Made by a program: the position numbers and the translations under genes. Positions 1 through 11,237 of a DNA stretch of 64,000 nt are shown piece by piece. Source of the stretch: Eledone cirrhosa (Eukaryota). The notes under the pieces were generated by a model. It saw only the letters and a list, made by a program, of their open reading frames with translations. It ran no database searches and had not been told where the DNA came from. Each line of letters opens with the position of its first letter. Position 1 is the first letter of the stretch. The stretch spans positions 106,330,001-106,394,000 of the forward strand of contig OZ024742.1 of assembly GCA_964016885.1 (NCBI GenBank), written 5' to 3'.

Positions 1-2
1 CA

Positions 3-2764
3 GTCGAATATCAAAAGCGAGGTCTTCCTCATGTGCACTGTTTGCTATGGCTCAATGAAGCTTCCAATCCCAGACCGCAGGAATATGATAAATTTGTTCA
101 AGCCGAGATACCAGATCCAAACAAAGATCCAGAGGGTCATGAATTGGTGCTGAAGCACATGATCCACGGTCCGAATTGCTCTAACAATTCGCCGTGTTGG
201 AAAGATGGAACGTGCAGTAAGCGGTAACCTAAGCTTTTCAATGAATATACATTGTGTGGAGAGGACTCTTATCCTGTGTACAGAAGACGGTCTCCAGGAA
301 TGGGAGGATTTGAGGGACACCAAGAAGGAAGGGGAAGCCGAAATATAACTTCGGAATGGGTGGTTCCCTACAATATGAAACTATTAAAACTGTTCAACTG
401 CCACCTAAACGTAGAGATGCGCTCTTCCGTAAAATCGATCAAATACGTTATCAAATATACCATGAAGGGCAGTGATCAGGCAATGTTTGGAGTGAACAGG
501 GAAGATGAGATAATACAGTATTTAACAGGAAGATATATCGGTCCTTCAGAAGTTGTTGCCTTGGTACTTGGATTTCCAATTCATGAGAGAGAACCGGCCG
601 TAGTTCGCCTTCAAGTTCATCTACCTGAGGAAAATCAAATCTTTCGAGTCAATGCTGCTGTTAAAGTAAACAATAACATGGCTAAGACGACTCTGACTGA
701 GTTCATGGATCTTTGCGATCGCGATCCGTTTGCAAAAACATTGTATTATGCCGATGTCCCAAAGTTTTACACTTGGAGTAATAAGATGGGAAAGGAGAAA
801 GGTGGGGAAAACAGTTGAGCAGTATCCAGGGATTTTTGAGGCGAACGTTTTGGGACGAGTATACGCTGTTTCTCCACGAAGTGGTGACCTGTATTATTTA
901 AGACTCCTTCTGCATCACGTCAAAGGGCCAGTATCCTTCAACTCTTTGAAAATGTGTGATGGAGAACTGCTGCCAATATTCAAAGACGTCTGCAGAGAGA
1001 AAGGTTTGCTTCAATCGGATGATCATTGGCAGTAGACTCTGGAAGATGCTGAGCGAACAAGGCTTCCCAAAGCCATGAGAGATATATTCATCGTGCTCCT
1101 CACAAATACGGAAATTGACAATTCCAGTGCTTTATGAGTTCGATTTAAGCATTCGCTGTCTGAGGATTACCTTCAAATAGAAAAAAGGTCTACCAGAAAT
1201 TCTGACCTTTTGATTAGCGAGAGACATTATGATCAATGTCTTCTGTATTTTGAAGACAAACTTAACGACCTGGGCAAAAGTCTTAGTGACTTTAACTTGC
1301 CAAGGCCAAATAATATTGTTGCTAATCAGGATATTGGCAATTTGGAGTCATTGCATGAATTGCAATACAGCAGAGAAGAGCAGCGACGATTTGTAGAAGA
1401 GACGGAGCCTCTATTGAATAGTGAAAAACACGTGTACGACTTCGTTTGTAACAGTTTAGAGACGAGCACATCTGCATAGATTTTCATTGACGCTCCAGGT
1501 GGAACAGGAAAGACATTCCTGATTAACTTAATTCTTTCAAAAGTCATAGGAAACGGTGACGTGGCTATTTCTGTTGCGTCATCTGGCATTGCCGCAACAC
1601 TGATGCCTGGTGGAAGAACAGCGCATTCTAGGTTCAAAATACCGATAGTAGTGAAAGAAAATGGTCTGTGCAACATTGATAAAAACTCAAAGACGGCAAA
1701 CCTCTTCCAGCATACAAGGCTGATTGTTTGGGATGAGTGTCCTATGATTCGGAGGGAAAGCTTCGAAGCTGTTGACCTCACTCTGCATGACATATGCGAC
1801 ACCACTGAGGCATTCGGTGGAATTTTGACAATTTGCTGTGGCGATATCCGTCAGCTCCTTCCGGTAGTGAAAAGGGGAAATGAAGCAGACGTGGAAAACG
1901 CCTGCATTAAAAATCCTACTTATGGCGAAGCTTCAAAAGATTTCAGTTAAAGACAAACATGCGATTGGGTGGGGGAGCAGGAGACTATTCACAGTTCCTA
2001 TTGGATATTGGAGAAGATAAGATAAAAAAAAAACTGAAAATGAGGAAATTATTTTTCCAAAAGAAATGATTCTCCAAGCAACAACTATGGAAGAATGTAT
2101 TGATTTCATCTACCCCTCATTCGACAAACCAGCTGAAGTGTTTTCGAACAATTGTATCTTAGTAACTATCAATGAAATGATGAGAAGCATCAATTCCACC
2201 TGTATCAGACGCTTCCCTGGAACCATAAAAGAGTACCGATCCTATAATTCTGTGAGTGATGGTGCCAATGCCACTCATTTCCCGACTGAGTTCATTGATT
2301 CGGTTGAACTATCAGGACTGCCACCACATAACCTGGAATTGAAAAAAGGATCGCCAATAATTCTTATGAGAAACTTGAATCCTCCAAGGCTTTGTAATGG
2401 AACGCGCATGATCGTGGAAGAACTGCACGACAATCTCATAGTAGCAAGAATCAACACTGCTGCTTTCAGAAATGAGATCGTTATGATACCTAGAATAAGA
2501 ATTAATCTATCCGAAGGTGAGGATTTCCCTTTGCAGCGAAGCCAATTCCCAGTTCAATCGTGCTTCGCTATGACTATTCATAAAGCACAAGGACAAACTA
2601 TGGAAAACGTCTTGATTTATCTGGAACGACCTGTATTCCAACACGGTCAACTGTATGTAGCCCTTAGCCGCGGAAAACGAAAAGAAAATGTCAGAGTGTT
2701 TCTGAAGGATACCCAGTCAACTAAGAATGTTGTCATCAAAAGCATTCTTTTGAACAAACTGTAA
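3..2764 (+). pseudogene. Helitron Rep (HUH) / PIF1-family helicase, disrupted by stops and frameshifts
   Basis: HUH motif VEYQKRGLPHVHCLLW from nt 3; tyrosine motif KSIKYVIKYTMKG; YYLRLLL; helicase motifs FIDAPGGTGKTF (~1482-1517), IVWDECPM, GDIRQLLPV, LMRNLNPPRLCNGTR, FAMTIHKAQGQT, HGQLYVALSR. Split over at least 6 ORF fragments. Confidence 0.95.
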
Positions 2765-3482
2765 CAGCGTAAATATGAGAAAATGTTGATTCCGATGTCA
2801 GAAAATGAAAGGAAAAGGAAAAACTAAGACAAGTAAGAATAATTTCTTTCAAATTTTTGTAAATAAAACCAGCTTTTCATTAACATTGCAACTTTTTAAG
2901 CAGAAAATCTTTCAGAACAAACAGTAAAGCATCCATAGAGATATAGAAAAAAGAATTTTGAAGTGGAGTGATTGGATAGCTATTAGTGAAAAATGATTTG
3001 ATATTTTCTTTGTGAAAATACTTTTGAATAATACAGTGAAAAGACAAGTTTCGCGTAAATCGGACCACGGGTTCCCGAGATACGTAAGTTTTTTCGGGTA
3101 CCTTTATAAATAGCCAAATCAGCGGATAATGGGAAAATTCTTTGAAAATAAGGTACCATTGAAATGTGAATACAAACGCAGATAGTGGTTGTGAGAGAGA
3201 GGGGGGAGAGAGCTGGCGGTGCTGTTGAATGAAATTATGACAGGTGACTTCAAAGAATCGAATACAGGATTACTGTATCTAGCTTGAATTTGGTGACTGA
3301 ATATTAAGTTATATGTATCTTATAACTTGTGTTAGGGCAGGATGTATGTGTGTGTGTGTGTCTTTAACCAGCGTAGGCCACAGACACCCACACACACAAA
3401 CACACACACATATGTATATATATATAAACGGAAAAAATGAAACGAAATTTCATTTCCCACTCTTAGTACGGCTGTTACTTAA

Positions 3483-3925
3483 ATATAAGTATGTACACGT
3501 ACATACATATATGTATACAGACGTACAGTAGTATGTATATATATATATACATACATGCACACATATATATATGTACGTATGGATTCACCGAACATTTATT
3601 ATAATGCTCGGTGTGTTTGTAAACAAACATCCCGTATTAAGCCGTAGTGTCTAGCAACCATCGTTTCTCGTTTGTTCAACACTGACAAAGGAACGCTAAT
3701 AAGCTTGAAACTAGTACAGCGTTCCTTTGTCAGTGTTGAACAAACGAGCAACGATGGTTGCTAGACACTACGGCTTAATACGGGATGTTTGTTTACAAAC
3801 ACACCGAGCATTATAATAAATGTTCGGTGAATCCATACGTACATATATATATATATGTGTGCATGTATGTATATATATATACATACTACTGTACGTCTGT
3901 ATAGATATATGTATGTACGTGTACA

Positions 3926-3934
<9 letters not shown>
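3483..3934. repeat. Long near-perfect fold-back palindrome (~215-bp arms, 20-nt spacer 3698-3717)
   Basis: ...actgacaaaggaacgct [aataagcttgaaactagtac] agcgttcctttgtcagt...; the arms match out into the (TA)/(TATG) microsatellites with few mismatches. Confidence 0.95.
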
Positions 3935-3982
<48 letters not shown>

Positions 3983-4240
3983 GTACATATACACACAGAC
4001 ATACACATATATATATATATTGGCTTTCCAATATCATTTTACATTATATACATTTTGTGTATATTTTAATTATTTAAAAGTTATTTTTAAGTGAAGAAAA
4101 CCCAACGGGTCACGGGTCGTCTAGTATCATATAAAAATAGCTTCTACAGAACTAAAACTGTTCTATTCGTTTAAAACCATGATGATTTCAAATGAATGAA
4201 ACAGATCTAGTCTTGTAGAAGTCATTTCTTTATAATATAA

Positions 4241-4455
4241 GGCGTGTGGCTGAGTGGTTAGAGAATTGGATTCGCAATCGTAAGGTTGTGAGTTCGATTC
4301 CTGGACCAGGTGATGCGTTATGTCCTTGAGCAAGACACTTTATTTCACGTTGCTCCTTCTACCTGGAGTTGCGACCGATAGATAGTATTAGCAATTGGAA
4401 AGACCAACGGAAACATTGTTCCCTCGGTCCGATTTGACGAAAGTCGATCGTTCCT
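4241..4455 (+). mobile_element. tRNA-derived CORE-type SINE (internally shortened)
   Basis: A-box TGGCTGAGTGG, B-box GAGTTCGATTCC, CORE-like tgtccttgagcaagacacttt; a homologous copy lies at 16330-16610. Confidence 0.75.
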
Positions 4456-4458
4456 TTT

Positions 4459-4521
<63 letters not shown>

Positions 4522-4559
4522 GTGTGTGCGCGTGTGTGTGTGCGCGTGTGTGTGTGCGC

Positions 4560-4715
4560 GTGTGTATTTATATATAAACATATATGTGCGTATATATAGA
4601 GATATTTATATATACGAATATGTATGAATTATGTATACGTTATGCATATACATATTCGTATATATATATATCTATATATATACGCACATATATGTTTATA
4701 TATAAATACACACAC
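4560..4715. repeat. AT-rich fold-back palindrome embedded in microsatellites
   Basis: tatttatatataaacatatatgtgcgtat...cgaatatgtat is mirrored by atacatattcg...atacgcacatatatgtttatatataaata, flanked by (TG)n and (CA)n. Confidence 0.8.
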
Positions 4716-4772
4716 ACACGCACACACTCACACACATATATATGTTTATATATAAGTTATATGGTTCTGCTG

Positions 4773-4803
<31 letters not shown>

Positions 4804-5375
4804 ACCGTTTATGTATATCTATGTATGCGTATATCAGTTGTTGATAGTAGTATTTGCTCATTCAGCTGTCGGTTCACTTTAATATCCTTAATAATTACAT
4901 TGTCTAGTCATGTGCTGACCCCTAACCTCTCTCTGCCTCTCCCTCCCCTTCTCTCTCCCCTTCTTTCTCTCTCGCTCACCAGCTCTGCTTTATCAGTTAA
5001 TCTGTTTGTTTCCCTCATCCCCACCTCTCATTCCCTCTTCTTCAAAAATCGATAATATAAACCTGCTCGCCACTTCGAGGAAAAGCTCTACTGACGACGT
5101 TGCTCATCATAAGAAAGAAAAGAGGGTTGTCTAGATAAATAAGGTAGAGATCATGTCAATAATTGTTAGTGTGAAATGTGTAAATAGCCCCAACGGGGAA
5201 GTAAAAAGAATGGTTAAGAAAGGAGAAGGGATAAATAGCAAAACAACAACAAAAAACTGTTAATACGCGTATCTCGTAATAAAGAAGAGAAGACAGGAGT
5301 GGACAAGGCAATGTTATATAGTTGTTAGTTTACAACACCGATTAAAAGGCATCTTGTTTCGATAACAATAATAAT

Positions 5376-5549
5376 TGTTTCTACTTTTGGCACAAGGCCA
5401 GCAATTATCCCAGTGTATTACTGATACTTTATTTAATCGAATCCGTAAGGATGAAAGGCAAAGTTAACCTCGGCTGGATTTGAACTCAGAATGGCAAGGG
5501 CCGTAACTCTATGCTTGGCGTCCGACCCTCTACGCATGCTGCCAATCCA
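5376..5549 (-). mobile_element. tRNA-derived SINE with Meta-like central domain, (ATT)n tail
   Basis: Minus strand has B-box gagttcaaatcc, gcctttcatccttacgga..tcgattaaataaagtatcag and a 3' end tagaaacaattatt; there are many copies in the window. Confidence 0.85.
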
Positions 5550-5555
5550 TAATAA

Positions 5556-5772
5556 TGATTTCTAGTATAGGCACAAGGCCAGTAATTTTGGGGGAGGGGA
5601 AAGTCGATTAAATCGACCCCAGTACGTTACTGGTACTTTATTTTGTCGACCCCGTAAGGATGAGAGGCAAAGTTAACCTCGGCGGCATTTGAACTCTGAC
5701 CGTAAAGGACCATAACTCAATGCTGCAAAGCATGGTGTCCTACTCGCTACCGATACTGCCAATCCACCGCCC
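5556..5772 (-). mobile_element. tRNA-derived Meta-type SINE, full length
   Basis: Minus: gggcggtggattggcagtatcggtag...gagttcaaatgccgccgaggttaactttgcctctcatccttacggggtcgac...tagaaatcattatt. Confidence 0.87.
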
Positions 5773-6104
5773 GATTAATAATAATAACAATATTAATAAC
5801 AATAATAATAATAATGATTTCTTTATTGGCCACAAGAGGTGACATCAAGAAAGACATTACAGACGGCACAGGACGATGTGGGTTTTGTGCGTGTAAATAT
5901 TTTTATTATTTATATAAGAAAAGAAATAAATAAAAAGGACATAGAAACATATATATATATAAACAATAAAAATGAAAATTGAAACAATGAAAAATTCCCC
6001 AATAGGGGGGAAACCTCCGAGGGTTACTCGTGGCGAAAACCACACAAAAGACCACGGCCACCCTGACCACCAGGGCAAGCGCCCTCTCTCAATTTTTCCA
6101 TCTC

Positions 6105-9100
6105 TCAAACTACAGACGTGGTCCCGTTCACTCGGACCATTCTCGCTACATTCACCCACCTTTCAACAGACTTGTTAGAAAGCAGCACTTGCCTCTCCAC
6201 CCTGATTTTCATCTTCAAGTGAAACTTGAAAAAGTTAATTAGGGATTCGCCGAAGAGGAAAGTGTCTGTCTTTAACCCTTTTAACATTGTCCACCACACA
6301 ATCTCTTTCGCCATGGCCACCAAGCAGATGAAAACCGCCTGCCCTTCCTCCTCGAAGGAAGACGACGAGACCATCTGCACAATGGACTCAGTCGACAACC
6401 GGATCAGTCCCACACGCGACAACAACTGTTCGACATAGCTCCACAAGTCAGCAATGCTCGGGCACTGAACGAGTGCGTGCACGACGGTTTGGTCGCTCTG
6501 CGCGCATCTTGGACAGGCTCGGCTGACGGCATTTCCGTGCCTGTAGAGCTTATCTCGAACCGGCAGCGCTCCCCGGTAGCACTGCCAGGCCAGGGATTTT
6601 TGGAAGTTATCCATAGGCCCCGGGCTGAAAGTTCTCCGGAAGAGAGCAAACAGCTGATCTTCTTCGACTCCCAGGAACTCTCCGAGAATGTTGTCGCTCT
6701 TCCCATCCACTAGTCCTCTATAGAACACCGATACTGGTGCCCAGCTGGGAGAGGGCAGTGAGCGCCTGGAGACATTCCAGTTTCTAAGCGCTATCCCTCG
6801 GTCTTTTTCTGACCCAGGACTGCAGCTCCGTCAAGGAGACGAGCTGTGGGAAAACGTGCCTGGCGAACGGCGACCACACCTGTTTACCATCAAGGAAGCA
6901 CCAGAGATGTCGCAGCCTCAGCGCATGTTTGCGCATCATCAGCCATGGCATGCCCAGTCCTCCACGCAACGGGTGTTGACAGCAGATGGATCGTCTGACC
7001 ATGGGAGCGCGTCCCTTTCACAAAAAGCGGAAGAGGAGGCGCTCCATTTTGGTGAGAGTTGGGCTGGAGCAAGGGACGACGATGAGGCGGTAGCAGATGA
7101 CGGATGCGATGTACGCATTCTCCACCTCCGCCCGGCCTTTCAGGGACAGATTCCTCTCAGCCCATTTCTGGGTGAGGGAGGCCACCCTGCTCGTCACCTC
7201 GTTCCAGTTTTTCTCCATCTGGAGGTCCGGTCTGAACCAGACCCCGAGCAATTTAACCGGTCCGTCCGTCCAACGCCCTACGACGCTGTCGGACGGCATG
7301 GACTTGCCTCTCCAGGTGCCGAGCTGCAAGCCCACCGACTTTTTCTGGTTTATCTTTGCTCCTGTCACCGCTTCGTATTCCTTGAGAGCGCTGCCGAGCA
7401 TCTGGACATGTCCGGTGCTCGACACCACCACGGTGATATCGTCAGCGTAAGCCGACTCGGATTTCCCGCATCCTAGTTCGCGTGGGACGCCCCTCATCGC
7501 CCCAGTTTGTGCAGTAACGGCTCAGGAGCCAATACGTACAAGAGTGACGAGAGGGGACAACCCTGGCGGACTGAGCGCATGATGCTGAACGGCTGCGACA
7601 GGTGACCGTTCACCCTCACAACTGAGCAGATGTCGGTGTACATTGCTGCGATCCAACCCCTGAAAACGGGCCCGAAACCGGCTGCCTCGAGGACCGCCGC
7701 CAGGTACCGATGGTCGACCCTATCGAATGCTTTGGATTGATCCAAGTTGATCAGGGCCCCACCCTTGCCAGGTTCCTTAACCACCCTCTCTATGATGTTT
7801 CGCATGAGGTGGAGGTTGTCGTGTATGGATATGTCCGGAATGGGGCATGTCTGCGCCTCTCCCACCTGACCCTTGACGACAAGCGCCAACCTCGTTGCTA
7901 ACACCTTGGCCAAAATCTTGAACTCTGCGTTTAGCAGAGTTATGGGCCTGAAATTATCGATAACATCCCCCTTGTTCGGGTCTTTTCTCAGCAGCGCCAC
8001 TGCTCCCCAGCTCACAAAACTGGGAATGCTCCCGTTCTGCTGCCAGTTCAGTAGACGTCTGCCAAGAAGTCACCGAACAAGTCTGGCATAAACCCCTTGT
8101 GCGGTTAGCCATCGCTTCCCATATTTCACCGGCTGTTATTGGATTTTCGCAACACTGTGCTGCGGTCGTCGAGAGCCGAGGCAGTCCGTCGAGGTTTGCA
8201 CTGAAGTCCATGCCCCGATCCGGGCCGCGCCGCTCCCGAACAGTTCAGCAAAGTGCCGCTGAAAAGCTTCACACATCCGCTCGGGTTCGAGCATCACGCA
8301 CCCGTTTTGGTCAGACAAAGACCGAATTGTGGCTTTGTTGCCACGTCGCGCCTCTGCCACCCGGGCCCATTGGACGGCTTTTGTCCCCTCGTGTTTCAGA
8401 GCACGCTCTCTAACTCTGACAACGCAGCCTTCGTGTTTGCGTTGAAGAATTGGTCGAGTGCCAATCTCGTCGCAAGCACGTCGGTTGCGATGCCTGTCCT
8501 AAACGCCTCTTCTAGCCTTCTGACTAGCTCTCCCTCTACTCTATTTTCCGCTATCACTACTCCTTTGCTAAACCTAATCGACTCTACTTTAATTGCCCTT
8601 TTCAGGGCGAACCACCACCTGTTGTTGACGATCGCTCCCGTCAACGCCCGCTTAACTAATACGCTAATCCGGTCTCTGTAGGCCTTGCGCGCCGGGAAAG
8701 ACGCGTTCAGCTTCCAGTAACTAGGCCCTTGTCTATGAAGTCTGTCTATGCCGATCTCACAGAACACAAATTTGTGGTCTGTGTAGTCGACTATTTTAAA
8801 TTGTGGACAACTTATACTAGCCTTATCTAGTTCTCTGCAGAATACCCTATCGAGATACGAGCTGGATGACCCGATACGGTTTGTCCATGTCCACATTGGC
8901 ACATTCGGGTGATCCACTCGATACCTGTCAGACAATTCAAACGTCTGAGCAGGTTGGTGAGGCTCTTGCACCCTCCTCCTCTATCCACTAGCCCCACACG
9001 ATCCCAGCGTGCATCCAAGATACCGTTCCAGTCACCCACTAACACTAAAGAGCGGGACGTTCCAAGAAAGGTCGCTAGACGTCTGAAGAAATCTGGCCGT

Positions 9101-9453
9101 CCTGCCCCTGTTGGGGCGTAGACGGCTACTAGCCTGAAAGCATTGCCTTCGCTGCCGGTCACGTCCAGCACCACCGACTTACCTTCTGGGTCTAGGAAGA
9201 TGGCCCGTATCGCGAGATCCAAGCCTCTCCGAAAAAGAACGGCAACCCCTCCCCCCGATCCTGGACGGCTGGGAGATGCGTATACATTGTAGCCGCCGAA
9301 GATCGGTGCGAAGGCTTGTGCTCGGAGATTCTGGTTTCACTAATGACCACCACATCTGTTTAGTGACGACCTGAGCTCGTTGAGCAGGTGACCCTGCTTC
9401 CAAGATGACCCCAGGCCACGTGCACTTATACTGCCTATTCTGAGTACGGCCAT
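6105..9453 (-). pseudogene. Tx1 ORF2: apurinic endonuclease + reverse transcriptase + C-terminal zinc motif, frameshifted
   Basis: Start MAVLRIGSISARGL at 9453; LVAVYAP, LVGDWN, SYLDRVF, TDHKFV, YWKLNAS; NFRPITLLN, LDQSKAFDRVDH, VRQGCPLS, AYADDIT, LLGVW; CPRC...HALVQC. Confidence 0.93.
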
Positions 9454-9485
9454 GTTGGATGAGAAACGGGGCAAGTGAGAAAGGG

Positions 9486-11058
9486 TCACTTACCTTGTTC
9501 GTGTGGTGAAGGGACAGTAGAACCGTCCCTTTCGCTGGTCATGGGTGTTTCCAAGAGTATGTCAGTGTATATCCTCTTGGTAACCGACCCTCTGAAGTCT
9601 CCAACTGCGTTGGAGAAATTTTGTTTTAAAGATTTGTACTGTTCTATTGAGATTTCGATGATGCTTATGTTTGTCGGGAGAGTTCTTGGTGTTGGTGGAG
9701 TGTAGTAGTTTTTTTCTGTGATGTCTGTGTGCTGCTTTATATATTGTATGAGTTCTTTTTTTGCCATGTTTATGGCTGTGTAATTTTGGGGGGGAGGGGT
9801 GATTTAATTGCTGTTTTCTTCTTGTTGCTGTTTGGTGTGTGTGTCTTGTTGTGTTTGCGTTGTTGGTGTTTTTGGTGATACTGGTGGTGGTGTGGTTGTT
9901 GTTGTCAGTGGTGCTTGTGTAGTGATGGTGGTGGTGTTGCTGCAAGTTTCCTTTGTATGCCTTCGCTTTTGGAGGGTGAATCTAAGGGTTATTTTTGTTT
10001 TTGTTTTTTGTGGAAGACCGTTTGCCACTTCACTCCCGCCTCAAACTCCATGTCGGATTCTATGGCGTCTGGGAGGGATATGTGCTCCACGGCTGTTGGT
10101 GGTGGTAGTGGAGCCCTCTTCGGCAATTTTGTTGCTGGTGTAGCTACTTCAAATGTAGCTATTGGTGTTGCCGCCATTGATGATTCTGCTTTAGTTGTCC
10201 GTGGCCTTGATACGGGTGCTACGGACGTTGCCCTCCTACTCACCGTGGAAGGGGCTTCTTCATTTGTTGCCTGCCCTGCTCTTGGTAGCAGCGGACCAGG
10301 TATTGGAAGGAGAGGGGCCTTCTTCGCTGTCTTCTGCGGGCAAAAGGCCCTAAGGTGACCCTTCGACCCACAGAGATAACATTTTGGCCGTCTTCCTTCT
10401 ACACTTATAGGGAGTTGGAGTCCTTCCTCGGTGTCTATGATATCGGGGATAGCGTCGATACATTCCTGGTCAGTTTGTATAAGCATTTGCATGCCTATAC
10501 CTGACCAGTTCTCTCTCCCTATTTTTTCTACTTGCAGCATGGTCGCCCTGTTCTCGATTCCAGCAAGGACAGACGCGGCCAGCAAAGGTGTGGGCACGTC
10601 GGGTGGGACCTGGGTCACTTTGACCCTCACAATTTTCTGCCCGCAGTAGGAGGGCACCAAGACTATCTCCTCACTCTTTAGGGTTTCCTGGGGGTGGCGA
10701 AAAGTACGTCTACTGTGGCGTACTTTCTGCCTCGGGTGATGTGGGTTTTGCGTGCCCAGACGCACCCCAAGGTCTTTTGTATTTGAGCCTCCGTGTCTCT
10801 CTCCACTCGATGTGAGATTTTGCTTACGGTGCGGTAAGTCACCGTCAGTAGCTGCTGGTCCTTGAAAAAATCGGGTGGAGGTTTCAGGGAAACTCTATTT
10901 GCGCTTCTTGTCACCATGGCCCTTGCGACTGCCATCTTCTCCTCTGTGACTAACACTGTCTCGATATTTCGGGCGACAGCTGCAAAAGAAGTGGTCCCTT
11001 TTTCAGCAGCACCACTATTGCTGCCGCTACTGGTCTTACTGGTGGTGCTGAGATCGGC
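9486..11058 (-). pseudogene. Tx1 ORF1 (gag-like nucleic-acid-binding protein), frameshifted
   Basis: SFAAVAR near the 5' end, ORF pieces 10678-10956 and 9989-10765 with the zinc knuckle CYLCGSKGHLRAFC, a Pro/Thr-rich linker, and a probable C-terminal piece at 9486-9767. Confidence 0.8.
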
Positions 11059-11088
<30 letters not shown>

Positions 11089-11089
<1 letters not shown>

Positions 11090-11220
11090 TGTTTCTACTT
11101 TAGGCACAAGGCCAGCAATTACCCAGTGCATTACTGGTACTTTATTTTATCGACCCCGTAAGGATGAAAGGCAAAGTTAACCTCGGCGGGATTTGAACTC
11201 AGTCCGTAAAGGGACGTGAC
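11089..11220 (-). mobile_element. Meta-type SINE, 5'-truncated
   Basis: Same family as 5556-5772; it sits between (AAT)n runs that separate the two LINEs. Confidence 0.85.
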
Positions 11221-11237
11221 TAATAATAATAATAATA

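Larger units (their letters stand above)
1..4124 (+). mobile_element. Helitron (rolling-circle transposon), 3' portion, decayed
   Basis: RepHel coding remnants at 3-2764, followed by a non-coding tail ending in a GC-rich subterminal segment (acccaacgggtcacgggt, 4100-4117) and CTAG|T at 4121-4125, the canonical Helitron 3' end. The 5' end lies before the window. Confidence 0.88.
5816..11058 (-). mobile_element. Tx1-like (L1 superclade) non-LTR retrotransposon, near full length, inactivated
   Basis: ORF1 with a CCHC knuckle, ORF2 APE-RT-CCHC, 3' UTR with AATAAA (5822-5827, minus) followed by an (ATT)n tail; both ends abut (AAT)n. Confidence 0.92.

Noticed and set aside
4241-4315. tRNA gene
   Set aside because: It has A/B boxes but no proper cloverleaf and runs into a CORE-SINE body.
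6226-8681. Plus-strand ORFs over the Tx1 element
   Set aside because: Antisense shadows of the GC-rich ORF2 with no independent motifs.
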